Shown piece by piece: positions 51,201 through 63,960 of a stretch of 64,000 nucleotides of DNA (position 1 is the stretch's first letter; each line of letters opens with the position of its first letter). This DNA comes from Rhina ancylostomus (taxonomy: Eukaryota): positions 27,621,982 through 27,685,981 of the forward strand of contig JARFYF010000119.1 in the NCBI GenBank assembly GCA_030265395.1, read 5' to 3'. Under the pieces are notes generated by a model that saw only the letters and a program-made list of their open reading frames with translations, did not search any database and was not told where the DNA came from. The position numbers and the translations under genes were made by a program.

Positions 51201-53284
51201 TTGATGGTGGGGATTCAGTGATAGTAATATTGATGAACATTAAGGGGATATGACTAGACTCTCTGTTGGAGATGATCCCTGCCAGGAACCTGTACGGCAT
51301 GTTACTCCCCACTTACGGCATTGTGCCTGAATGTTGCCAAGGTTTTGCTGCAAGGACTATTTTGTTACCCAAGCAATTTTGTGTGGAAATGAATAGTGAG
51401 CTGTTCTCAATCAACTCCTTCTGGTTCTATGAAAGAGGGAAGATCATTGACGAAGCAGATGAAGACAACTAGGCCTGAGAAACTTTTGCAGTAATGTTTG
51501 GGACTGAAATCAGTGTCCTCCAAATACAATCATCTTTGTGCATTGTTTGACTCCACTTAGAAGATTGTCCCCCATTCACATTGACTGAAGTCTTACTCGG
51601 ACTCCATGGTTAAACGACACCTTGATGTTGTGCCATTAACTATCTCTCCTTACCTCTGGAATGCTGCCCTGTAATTAACATGTACACTACGACTGTAACA
51701 ATATCTGCAGCTAATTGGCCCTGGCAGGACACAAGCTCAGTATCAACACCGAGTTATTGATAAGTAAATGCTGCTTTGGTGCATTGTTAGAGGCATCCTT
51801 CAAAAATTTGCCAGGATTGAGAGAAAGACTGATAATGCTGGGAGAGAGGGTGAAATTGCTTTTTCTGAATTGCAAAGAAAATGTTGCACTGCTGTTTGAT
51901 TCAAAGTGCTTGAAACATACTAAAGAATAGAAAATATCCTGGAGATAAATAATTTGAACCAGTGTTCTCCTTCTGCTCCAAGGATATACCCCTGTGTGAA
52001 TCATCCACGAAATAGAAACCAAAACTAGCTGTGTGATAAATGTGAATCTTTTGTTGGTGCCGCAATGATAATCAATATTTCATTCCCTGCTGACCTGATT
52101 TTTCATAGTTGTACAGATGTGTGTCAAGCACAGTGTGCTGAGTGCCATTGAATAAAAGCTCTGCCACAGAGCCCAGCTCTGCTCCAACCAGTTTCAAAGT
52201 TGGCTCAATGGAGAAAGACAAAACAGAATAGAGAGTCACTTTTGACCATCCTAGAGTATTAATTAGATGAACATTCGTACTAGGCCAGATCTCCACATTC
52301 TTGACAGCAGAATGTAAAATAAAGCCAGTGAAAAATATTACATCAAAACATCAGAACACATATCTGCATAACAAAATAAAAAAAACAACAAAGTAAAGAT
52401 GCATATTTTGAATGATTAAAAATTCAGAGAACCTTTTAATGGGTGTAATCTTAAACAGGCTTGGAATAAAGCCAATTTCTGTAATTATAAACTGCTTATT
52501 TTCTGCTTCACCAGAAGTGATTTTAAACAGCACTAATCCCATGAGTGCCACAGGCCACTGGGTAAACTTGAAAGCAGAATGCTTGTAAATCTATGCAATG
52601 TTTAATTGACTGTCAATGCAATTTTGCAATATCATACATAATGGAAATGCCAACATGCTTAGAAGCACAAAAATGTGAACATTTCCATACTATAAAAATG
52701 TGAAATATCAACTGAATAAAATTATACTGCACAATTTTATACAAATGTCAATTTATGGGTGTTTCCTAGCTTCACTTTACTGTCACTGAGGTGAGGTTAA
52801 TTAATTGTTAATTTTACATCCCCATGTGTGTGGCAGGAAAGCATGAAAGCTGTAGCATCAATTTGTAAAACTGTTTTCCATAAATAGAAGGATCACCACC
52901 ACAAACCTTTGTAATTCTTCCTCAACTATTTTAGGCATTGTTTGGAGTCCGAACTGGACACAGCCAATCAACCCCACATCCACGTGTTTAGCCTGGTGGA
53001 AATTCCCTGTAGCTTTTGAAGTGGTACTGCACTTTGTCCAGGCAAAAAGAAATCTGTTCCCTCTCAGCCTCAGCCAATGACTCACAGAAGATTTACAAAT
53101 TCAATGTGATGATGCTTGAATCATGCATGGGGCTGACATGCAAGAAAGTGTGGGCACCAGTCCTGCTTGATGCGCTCTAACTCAAATCACAAGCCCCCTT
53201 AACACCAACAGTGTTAAAAGGAATAATTGGTTCCTCTTGTCTGTCCAGTGTCATTCATTGGGAGATGAGCATGACTTTGGCTGA

Positions 53285-53668
53285 TGTAGCGTAAAAGGTC
53301 ATGGGTGTCATGTGACCATGACAACACTGACCCCTCTGGCTGGGATGACACCATTGAGCATATAGCCGAAAGCAACACCACTGTCAATCAAGGTTTGGCT
53401 CCACCCCATTAGGTAAACACCTTTGTCCTTGCTGGACCNNNNNNNNNNNNNNNNNNNNNNNNNNNNNNNNNNNNNNNNNNNNNNNNNNNNNNNNNNNNNN
53501 NNNNNNNNNNNNNNNNNNNNNNNNNNNNNNNNNNNNNNGAGAGAGTGCATTTGTTCCTTTCCATTCTGTTCCTGTAAATTTTATTTGTAAATAAAATTCT
53601 CCTTTTTAAAGTACAAAGACTGTGTGTCCAGATACCTTTAAGTTCCCAAAAGAACCTTTCTCACAACA
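53285..53668 (+). mobile_element. Solo LTR with a 5-bp target-site duplication (contains a 100-N gap)
   Basis: GCTGA|TGTAGCG … CACAACA|GCTGA; TG…CA termini; AATAAA at ~53590. Confidence 0.75.
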
Positions 53669-55796
53669 GCTGATAATGTAAAAAGGGGTAATTATGAGTC
53701 AGAAGTCTATCTTACATAAGTGCCTTGAGTCACTGGGAATGAAAACCCAGAGAGACACAAATGGACTGCCTATTCACTAAAGCCAAGGATATCTCAATTA
53801 TCAAGATGGCCAAACGTTGCTGATATATAGAACAATAGAAACTTACCTCTTGCAGATCCCTCAACATCAGCTTGCTGAAAGGTTAAAATCCAGAGCCTAC
53901 ATGGTGAGTTCCTGCACACCAGCAGAGTCTAGTGCAGCACAAAGCCACCACATAGGTGGGCCAGAAATGAGCCTTGCCCATGAAACAGCTGAATAAAACT
54001 TTGGCAGCTGTTAATGCCCAACCGACAGAATCAAAGACTATTACAAATCAGTTAAAGAATTAAAATCTTGTAACAATTATTAAAAGAAAAAGAAATTAGT
54101 TAAATATCAAATAATATAAATAAATATTTAAAACAATAAGCAAAATGAATAACTCAGAAGAAGCAAAATACCTTATATTTACCTTCTCCATCATAGCCTT
54201 ATTTCTCCATTCAAATGTTCGAATGAATGGACCTACTCTTCCTGCAGAAGATCTAACTTGGCATCGGTACAGCAGGCATTTGTAGTGAGGAATTCAGCAA
54301 GATTATGCTCTGGCTCCAGACTCCAGTGCTGGAGCACAACCATGAAAACATCAGTAGAACTGGCCAACAAGTTTGGACTTCCATATTTCCATGGGAATCC
54401 TAAACTTACTGAGATTTACATGCTCAATTCACTGACCTGACCTTTTCTGGGATTGGTGGGTTCTGATGATGGATCTGCCAAAACATTAACCCAGCATTTA
54501 CCTTTTCATAGATGTTGTTGGCCCTGTGGAATACTTCCAGCATTTTATCATTTTATCTTTGAGTGCTCTCACGTAAAATTGTCTACTTGCCTGTTGAGAT
54601 TAGCATGTTTTGTGAGACCTTCAAAAGTCAAACCGTACGAAGATGTTTAAGTGATTCACATAATCTAAATGACTAATGCACTTTTATGAATCTCCATAGT
54701 ATTCTCCACACTGTTCCACTCTCTTTCCTGCCAAATACTAATCCTCTCTCCACTCATAATCTCAGAAATGCAGACCAGGCAAATCTTCAGCAGTTTAATA
54801 TTTTTTTCTGAAATTGTATTTACTGAGGTGCCCACCTAGTTAAGCCTTTCAAAGTTAATACGTAAAATTCATCCTCACATGTGGGAGATGTTTAAATCTG
54901 ATGCTGCAGTAAAGAAGCTTGGATAGAATTTCTGCAGAACCATAGATGGGCACATACAGTTTCCATGGGATTTCAGTCAATGGAAAGGCAGAAGATCCAA
55001 AGAACATTTTACACTTTTAATTCTGCAAACCAGTTGTTCAAATGGACCTACATGCATCGTTAAATTAAAATTAGTTTTAATGTTGGATAACTTCCAAAAG
55101 ACGTGATTAAGTTTAAAATTAAATTATTTTCGCTATTTCCCAAAATAAGCTTAATCTCCCCCTTCACCCCCAATAAAAAAAACTAAAGTAGAATATTGCA
55201 GTTGTTAATACAAACTTTTAGCTAGCCATCTTAACTCTGTGTCAAATCCAGCCTTTCTTGATTAGAACACCAAGATTTCTAACTTGTATCTAAATTATTA
55301 AATGACTAGAGCTGAAATATTTTTTCTTAAAGGCAGTAATTTGGCAGAAGTTTAGAATTAAATGAAGACAATTGTGAGTTTTCAGAGCTTTAAATGCTCA
55401 AACTTTGAGAGTGTTTTTATTTTATATCTGAGAATTCCTGTTCACTTATTTTTTTTGTATATTTAAAATTAATCGGATTGATATAATTGATAACTTAATC
55501 ACAATTGAGACAGACATGAAACTATAAATTGAACAAAACATATAATAAACATGTGGAAAATGAGTGACCCATGTACCTACTTTTTCAGGTATTCAAGGCC
55601 TTCAAAACTGGCTTCCATGTTGCTACGCAAACTGAATTCTCATCAGGAGCATAATAGCGCCATGCACACTAAAGTTTTAAGATAAATGATCAATTTGGGA
55701 AGGGAATGAAAGCGAAAAAAAAATAATAGTAAATTAAACATCAGTGAATTATGCATTTTTTGTTTGTAGAGTTGAACTGAGCAGTGGCATACATGC

Positions 55797-55891
55797 CTGA
55801 AGAAAGGAATTGCAATGATAGTTTCGTAGTATCTCCATGTAGCAGCAAGATCATTCCTGTTGAGGTTGGTGGCATAAAATCTCCATGCAGT
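55797..55891 (-). CDS. KCNQ3: KCNQ3 exon (human exon 8 equivalent, 95 nt), calmodulin-binding helix A; GC donor
   Basis: ttgtttcgttgcAG|ACT GCA TGG...TTC TTC AG|GCatgt; encodes [31 protein letters not shown](R), compared with human [32 protein letters not shown]. Confidence 0.96.
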
Positions 55892-56039
55892 CTGCAACGA
55901 AACAAAAACATGGAAAAGAAGATTTTACAAAGGATAATCTCAATCAATGTTGTTCTCTGTAGGTTCTCCTTCATAGATTCTGGAACTTCTGGAATGTTTT
56001 GTGCCTGTATCTTTGCCAGCCAATCTCCCATGGGATTGC

Positions 56040-56520
56040 AACATCCACAAGGCACAAATCAGAAATGAGATGCTAAACTTTTGGGTTACCTTTCTGACTG
56101 TAGCTCCAACAGAACTCAGAGAGCTCGACGCCATCTAGGACAAAGTTAGCGACATGATCTGTACCACATTCACTACCCGGAACTTTCGCTCCCTCCACCA
56201 TGAATGTTCAGTGGCTCCAGTGTGTACTATCTACAAAACTCACTGCACTTACTCACCAAGCCTTCTTGAACAGCAGCCTCCACATAAATAAACTCCTATC
56301 ACCTAAATGGGCAAGGGAAACAGGTGCATGGAAACACCATTACCTGCAGATCACGCACCTTCATCATTGCTGGGAACTAAAGCCCAGAACTCTCTATCTT
56401 ACAATGTTGTGATAGTATCTCCATCACACAGACTGCAGCAGCTCATCGCCACCTCCTTAATAACAATCAGGGATGGATAATAAATGCTGGCATTGCCAGT
56501 AATGCCTATATCCAATGAGA
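56040..56520 (+). mobile_element. Non-LTR retrotransposon 3' fragment (same family as 36590-37095)
   Basis: caaggcacaaatcag…gctccaacagaactcagagagctcgacgccatc…, tail agggatggataataaatgctggc. Confidence 0.65.
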
Positions 56521-57928
56521 AATCTTAAAGAAACTTAAAATAGCCACACACCAAATAGAAACCGAAAGAACATTGCGACACAGTGCACTCAGCTTAAGGA
56601 AACCCACAAGCAGGGGCAACTAATCTCACGGTCAAGGTCAACAGACAAAGACCACTAGAGTATTCAAATTCTTGTGTCACATTCAACATTAAGATTAAGA
56701 CTTTTAGTCAAACAACTGTTGCTTTAAGTGTAGATATCTGTGGTGTAGCTGCTGGGGTGCTTGGATCCTCAGGAGCTCTGTGGAACCTGGTGCTGGGTAG
56801 TGAGAAGCTGGACAGAATGGAAGTTCATTTTTGACCCATTCTTCTTAAAACAAAAATTAAAACTGATCATGGAGAAAACCATATTTTTTTAAATCAGACA
56901 CGCCAGTGCTGGAGTGAACTAATACGAGGGAAAGAGCAATTGCTTCTGGAATTTCCACTGCTAAAGAATGTTGCAGTGTTTTCTGGAAATTGTGCTCCTG
57001 GCCAAAACTTGAGCAGTCACCCCTGTTTTTAAGTTCAACAAAACAAATATATGTTGAGAGCATGAGTTCAACTCTGCATAGATACCTGTGTCCCTGCATA
57101 TCCATCTGCATATGTACATCTGTGTGTCCGTGTTTTTTAAAAAGTTTAAATTGGAGTCAAGTTAAGTCTAATTTGATGAATATTAAATACTAAAGGCCAA
57201 TGAATTTTTGAGCTTCCTGACATTTTGCACCTTTTCATGGTGGTTCAATTATTCCAGAGAGAGATCGTCAAACCAGATATAGAATCACCAAGGAGATTGT
57301 GAGGAAATCATAACTGTTGGCATATAAATACTTCTAATAGGTCACTACCGCCATCACCAGGGTCTTGGTGGTACTACTTCAAATGAAGAGAATTTTTAAA
57401 GTTGGAGATGTTGCAAAGCTAAAATAATAGAATCAAATATACACAAGATGAGCCAGCAACACTAAAGGGAAGCCAGTTTGAATATTTTTGATGAAGGGTA
57501 CACCCAACCATATCATAACCAGTTTCTCTTTTTTCTTTTTTATCTTTGCAACTCTGGAAAACCAATATGTTATACTGAATTGTGAATTTATTTCAAATTG
57601 TATAAATGAAGAGTGGGAAGTCCAAATTCGACAATTTTTGAGTAGAGTATTCATGTCTGGCTGCTGCATTCACTTAATTTTGCTATATTGGAGGCACAAT
57701 GAGATGCAGAGTTGGGTGAGGGGAGCATCATCAAGAAAAGGATGAGGAGTGGGAGTTGCAGGGAGAGGAGAGTCAATTTAAAATCTCCCCTCCTGCATGT
57801 GGCAGGTACTAAAGTAAACAAGTGTGTTATTCTGGGCCCACAAGGAAATCTTGGGCCTCCATGCTTCAGGTTTTTTATTCCTCTTTTACTGAAGGACCTA
57901 GTCCTGGATCCCAGGTTTTGACCTCCTG

Positions 57929-59412
57929 GTGGCCAATTTTGAAGATAGGAAAATAGGATCAAGAGTAGAGAGAGTGGCAAGAGCAGACATTGAACCACTT
58001 GAAAGTAATGTTGGAGAAGGAGTAATTGGGTACAGGGAAATGGTGGAGGTACTAAATAAGTACTTTGCATCAGTCTTCACAGTGGAAGACACCAGTAACA
58101 TACCAGAAATTCAAGAGAATCAAGGGACAGAGATGAATGTAGTGGCTATTACCAAGGAGAAGATGCAAAACAAAGTGAAAGGTCTGAAGGTAGATAAATC
58201 AGCAGACCAGATGGACTACACCCCAGATTTCTGAAAGACGTAGCTGAGGAGATTGTGGAGGCATTAGTAGTGATCTTTCATGAGACACTGGAGTCAGGGA
58301 GGGTCCCTGAGGACCGGGAAGTCACAAATCTGACACCCCTGCTTAAGAAGGGAGGGTGGCAAAAGACAGGAAATTATGGGCCACTTAACCTGACCTTGGT
58401 GGTGGTTAAGATTTTAGAGTCCATTACAAAGGATGAAAATTCAGAGTACTTGGAAGTATATAATGAAATAGGATGAAGTCATCACAGTTTCATTAAGGGG
58501 ACACCTTGCCTGACAAATCTGTTGGAATTCTTTGAGGAGGTAACAAGTAGGTTAGACAAAGAAGAGCTGGTGGATGTTATTTACTTGGATTTTCAGAAGA
58601 CCTTTGACAAATAGTCTTCTTGACATCCGGATCATTAATGTATAAAGTGAAAAGTTGTGGTCCCAACACTGACCCCTGCATAACTTCACTGGTCACCGGC
58701 AGCCATCCTGACAAATCTTGACATTATTCAGAAGACTGAAAAGCAATGAGGAAAAGAACATGCAGTTGCAGTGGCAGTGACCATGGCATTTTTCCCTACT
58801 GCTTCCCATACATCAAATCCCCACAAACAGAGTTTAATTGCTTTGCAGGTTGCTGGTGCTTTTCAAGAATTGCAATAATGAAAGATGTACTGAAGCAGAA
58901 CTAGGCTGAAAATCTGATCCCTACAGAAGAGTTAGAGAATGTAGTGTGGCACTTGGGGAGACCACCAACCAACCTTAACTAGAGATGGCTCACAAGGCTG
59001 ATAAACAAGGTAAGAGCCCATGGTGTTAGAGGCAAGGCACTACATGAATAGAAGATTGGCTGACTGGCAGGAGTCAGAGAGTGGGGAGAAAGGGGTCCTT
59101 TTCTGGATGGCTGCCAGTGACCAGTGAAGTTATGCAGGAGTCAGTGTTAGGACCACAACTTTTCACTTTATACATTAATGATCTGGATGAAGGAAATGAT
59201 GGCATTATGGCCAAGTCTGCAGACGATACTGAGAGGTAGTGTCCCTCCACCCATCTCAGACAGGCAGAGCTAGGGAGTCTGCAGAAGGATGGACAGGTTG
59301 GGAGAGTGGGCAAAGTAGTGCAGATGGAATACAGTGTAGGGACGTGTCAGATTATGCACTTTGGTAGGAAGAATAAAGGTGTAGACTATTTCCTAAATGG
59401 GGAGAAAATTAA
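57929..59412 (+). mobile_element. CR1 LINE ORF2 fragment, interrupted at ~58612-58985
   Basis: EMVEVLNKYFASVFTVED, ESGRVPED…GNYGPLNLT, CLTNLLEFFEEVT…DVIYLDFQKTFDK, then …Q.SVLGPQLFTLYINDLD…MHFGRKNK…YFLNGEKI; contains stops and frameshifts. Confidence 0.92.
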
Positions 59413-59419
59413 ATGACTT

Positions 59420-61430
59420 CAGTTTTAAATAACCTCAGTTTTAAACGACTGTCCCCTAATCATGCAACTATGTCCCCTCATCTGAGATTCTCCTACCAGT
59501 GGAAACATTTCAATATCTACTCTGTCACATCCTTCAGGATCTTTTATGCTTCAGTAAGTTCACCACTTATTCTTGTGAACTCCAGGGAATAGAGATCTAA
59601 CTTCCTTAGCTGATGGTAATAGCACAATCCTCTCATCCAGAAATTAGTTGAATGAATCTCTTTTGGACCGCCTCTAGTGCTAGTATATGCTTTCTTAAAC
59701 AAAAGGACCAAAACTGTGCACATTACTCCAACACCAACATCCTGCATAATTGCAACAAGACTTCCCTGTTTCTAAACTTCAACCCTCTTGTAATAAAGAC
59801 CAATACTGTATATCATTTACCTTCCTAACTACTTACTGCATCTGCCTGCCAACTGTCTGTGATTCATGCATCAGAACACCTAGATCCCTCTGTACTTCAC
59901 TCATCTGCAGCCTTTCTCAATTTAGATAATGGTGTATGTTTAGATTCTTCTTGCTGAAGTACATATCCTCATACTTTCCCTATTAAACACCATTTGCCGT
60001 GTTTTCATCCACTCTCTCAACTAATCTTTATCCTGATGCAGAGTCCTAATATCCTCATCCTCACATCTCCCCAGCTAGTTTTATGTCCTCAACAGACTTG
60101 CATACCTTACACTCTGCTCCCTCTTCCAGGTCATTAATGTAAAGCATAAATAATGGAGGGCCAAGAAATGATCCTTGGGGCACTCCATTATCTACATCTT
60201 TCCAGCTGGAAAAAGACCTATTTATTCTGACTCTTCTATGCAATAACCAACCTTCAATCCATGCCAGCACACTTCTCTTAATACCTTGAGCTCTTGCCTT
60301 GTGCACCAACTTTCATGAGACATGTTGGATTCAACTGTTTTAAGTAGTTTTTTAACATGTATAGTGTTTAATATACCTCAAGTAGCTGTACAAGGAATGG
60401 CCACTTCTTAGCTTATTGGTTTATCCATCAGGTGAATATGTGTTTTCTCATTGGTTGCTTTTGCCACAAGTATCTAATAGGCTTTCCGATTGGACAATTG
60501 TTAGCTAAGGAGTACCTCTTATCTCAGGTATAAAATGTGTCATTTTTTTGTAATCATTCACTCTCTTGCCTCTATCTCTCTCTTGCTTATCTCGCTCTCT
60601 CTTTTGCCTCATCTTGCTCTCTCTCTCTTGCCTCTTGCGTCTATCTCTCTCTCGCTCTCCTCCCCCTAGCCCTAGCTCATTGTTAGTTCCTTTGTCTCAG
60701 CTCATCTCCTAGTAGTCTGGTTTCCTCCCACAATCCAAAGACGTATGGGTTAGGAAGTTGTGGGCATTGCTATGTTGGTGCCAGAAGTGTAGCGACACTT
60801 GCAGGCTGCCCCCAAAACACTCTATGCAAAAGATATTTTTCACTGTGTGTTTCGATGTACATGTGGCTAATAAAGATATCTTATCAGTGCCATGTGCTCT
60901 GTGACTATTTCTTTGTTTCAGACTTTTCCAATGAAACTTTGTGAAGCAGCAAGTTGTTTTCAACTCATTCTTGGACTCCTGACAGAACCTGCGGATTCAA
61001 TAATAACCGGATCTGACAGGCACCTTGTCAAATGTCTTCTGAAAATCCAAATACACGACATTTACAGCTTCCCCTCTATCAGCTCTGCTTGTTACATCCT
61101 CAAAGAACTCTAGCAAATTTGTCAAACATGATTTGCCATGATTTGCTGATGATTTGCTTACATTAAGCTTTCCTAAATGACAAGCTGCTTGTTCTTAGTT
61201 AATCTAAGAGGCCTGTCGTTACCGGCTTTTTTGTCCTCCTCCCTTCTTGAAAATTGGAATCACATTTGAGGTTTTCTAGTCTGCTGGTACCTTCCCAGTG
61301 AGTTTTGAACTACCTCTGCAGCTGCTTTACTTAAACCCTCAGGTGCAGGTTATTAGGACCTGGCAACTTGACTGCCTTTGGTCCCAGAGGTATTTCTAAT
61401 ACCTTGTCCTTGTGATAAAGATTGTTAGAA
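59420..61430 (-). mobile_element. CR1 LINE ORF2 fragment in the opposite orientation, split by a solo LTR
   Basis: GIKRSVLAWIEGWL…GVPQGSFLGPPLFMLYINDLEEG (ORF 60061-60309); DFQKTFDKVP resumes at 61019. Confidence 0.9.
60323..61018 (+). mobile_element. Solo LTR inserted in the CR1, with a nested SINE fragment (~60712-60885)
   Basis: gaca|TGTTGGATTC … GGATCTGACA|ggca (4-bp TSD with 1 mismatch, imperfect terminal IR). Three ATTGG boxes, TATAAAA at ~60529 and a CT-rich tract. The CR1 FDKVP/H motif rejoins across it. Confidence 0.75.
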
Positions 61431-62109
61431 GTGTTTGAAACTGGCCCATCAAAAATCTTTGGGATCCCTTTGTTTCCAACCTGAAATATTAACTCTGTTT
61501 CTCTTTCTATAAATGGAATCCTGTTATATGGAATAAACAGGATATGTGGAATAAAAGCACTTAGTTTTTATTTCAGATTTTCAGCATCTGAAGTTTTTAC
61601 ATTTTTGGATAGAGTTCAAGGCCCTTTGGAAATGCATAATGACCATTGGAATCAATAAGATCAAAGTGGTTCAGATATTTCTCGAAGACTACAACTGAGA
61701 GTTATGGCACAGAGAGAACCTTAAGCAGAGTGCTAAAATCAGGATCAGAGTGGGAAGGAGTCAACGAATCTGATTTAGTTAAACATTTAGGATTTAACGT
61801 CAATGTAAATTTGTGGTATCTTTTTATATTAGCCATTGTTAACATTTATGGCATTAATGTGTAAGTAGCTACCTGAATAGGTAGTAATTGGAGTTGGCAG
61901 GGTGTGATTTAGTTCTGGGATAATTTGAGTATGACTTTAAAATTTGAAGTAAAAAGATTTGCTGAAATGCAGAAATAATTTGAATGGATTGCAGTCTTAA
62001 CAGTGCTAAAGCTGATCATTTAGTCAGTGTGGGAAATTTTGCAGAGGGGAAGGAGGTTTTAGTTTGTGGTGGGCAATGGAAGTTTTAGGGAAAATTACTT
62101 AAAGTGATT

Positions 62110-62680
62110 GAAGATGCTGTAATTTGGAGCAAAACACAAACTGCTGAAGAAACTCAGTAAGCCGAGCAGCATCTGTGGAGGGAAAGGAATTGTCAACGTT
62201 TCAGGTCAAGATCTTGCATCAGGACTGAGAGTGGAGAAAGGGTAGCTGTTATAAAGAGGAGAGGGGGAGGAGTGAGACAGGGGCCAGTCAGTGGGGAGGG
62301 GTGAGGGATGATGAGCAGATGGACCCAGGTGAGAGAGTGGGCAAGGAGTTGGGAAACAGAAGCAGATAGGTGTTAGATGGAAACAAACAAGGGAAAAATA
62401 AGGGAGGCAGATGGACCCAGGTGGGGGAAGGGAAGGGTGAAGATGGAGACAGAGGCTAGAGAGTGATGAGTGGGGACACAAAGACTTCAAGTGCTGGAAT
62501 CTTAGAAGTAAGATGGAATAGATGGAGAGGGGATCTGGTGGGTGAAGTGTGTGTGGGCAATAAGTCGATGGAACTAGAAAGGGGAGGAAGACAAACATGG
62601 GTGATGGGGGATGGTAGGGGAAAGGGAAGAGAAATGGGCAGACCAGGAAAGAACTGGAGAAGACACAGTGGGCAACACAG
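62110..62680 (+). repeat. Short dispersed repeat with a purine-rich body (Penelope-associated family)
   Basis: Same family as 1-140 and 10146-10570; internal repeat gcagatggacccaggt occurs twice. Confidence 0.65.
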
Positions 62681-62939
62681 GAGATGATGCTAGTTTCTTT
62701 AAAATAAGATTGCAACAATCTGGAAAGGTAATATCTGCTAATTAACTTATAGAAGTTAAACAATTGAAAAGAAGATATGGGTAATTTAATCAGAAGAACA
62801 GATTAATAAAGTGTATCTACAAGGACAAGATATAAGACAATGAAAGACAGCTGAGACTAATTGACTCCTGTTCCAGTGCCACCTAGGAACGTCAGGGTAT
62901 ATTTTCAGAGATCAAGCTTTTTGGAGTCACCACTGAGCA

Positions 62940-63960
62940 CAAGGAAGGCTGAAGGATTGAACCCATCACCTCACCGACAGCGTTTAGGGAAGTAAATGAG
63001 TAGTCACCCAAACAGCAGGAAATACATGAATCTTAAACATGCACCGCTTGCAAACTAATGCTCAGCATTAGAGACTGGTGGGGTGATAAGACCTTGAAGG
63101 TCCACACTCCAGAGCATCGTACCATAGGACAAGGGATTGCTCATGGAGATGCTGTGAGGTGTGGAGATGTAGTAGTCAAGGAGGTTTGCATAATTAGATG
63201 CAGGCAGGTGTTTCTGTAACTGTCAACACAAGTCCCCGATGCCAGGGTACAGGATATCAGAGAGTGCACAGAATATTCTGTAGCAAGGCAAACGAAGAGC
63301 CTAATGTAATGGTTCACATTGCAACCATTAACATGGTGGCAGTGGGGTGGAGGGGTAAGTTTAATGTCTGACAGCTGGAGATTCAGAAGTTCCAGTTTTA
63401 AAAAGCAGTATTGTAATCTCTCAATTACTCCCAGAGTCATGTGGCAGGAAGAGGTAGGAAAGTCAGGCGGATTAATGTGCAGCTGGGGACACAGAGCCCA
63501 AGGAGAGTGATAGAAATTCATGTAATTATACAGCATGGAAACAGGCCTTTCAGCCCATCGAGTCTGCACCAACTACAAACCACTCATTTATACCAATCCT
63601 ACATTAATCTAATTTTTTTTATTCTTCCCACATTCTCACCAACCTCCCCCCGCCCCCCGATTCCACTGCTCACCTATATTCTAGTTGCCACTTAGCCTAC
63701 CAAACTGCATGTCTTTAGGATGTGGGAGGAAACTGGAGCATTCGGAGGAAACCCAGATGGTCACAGAGAGATGAACTCCACCTAGACAGCACCCAAGGTC
63801 AGGACTGAACAGGTCTCTGGCACTGTGAGGCAGCAACCCTACCAGCTGTGGCACCGTGCCGCCCTTTAGATTCAGATTCCTGGGACACTGGGACTATTTC
63901 TTGGCAGGCAGATGGATGGGTTGCACCTTCATAGAAATATCATGGGGAAATTTACCTGTT
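62940..63960 (+). mobile_element. Degraded CR1 ORF1 (esterase-like) region, interrupted by a SINE
   Basis: Remnants gatgccagggtacaggatatc ('ARVQDI'), gtaatggttcacattgcaacc ('V.VHI.T') and gatgggttgcacct ('DGLHL'). Confidence 0.6.
63515..63864 (-). mobile_element. Near full-length tRNA-derived V-SINE/HE1-like SINE
   Basis: Minus-strand head GGGCGGCACGGTGCCACAGCTGGTAG…GCTGCCTCACAG…, core cccacatcctaaagacatgcag, and CR1 tail gggctgaaaggcctgtttccatgctg. Confidence 0.85.

Noticed and set aside
3565-55891. Assignment of the gene to KCNQ2 or KCNQ5
   Set aside because: The distal C-terminus ([19 protein letters not shown], SNKP) and the 95/27/132/99/85-nt exon sizes fit KCNQ3; KCNQ5 lacks the ankyrin-G motif.
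57651-58070. Minus-strand ORF as the upstream S6 exon (expected GILGSG…QKHFEKRR)
   Set aside because: The motif is absent and the ORF overlaps an antisense CR1. The S6 exon was not found in the window and presumably lies beyond 64000.
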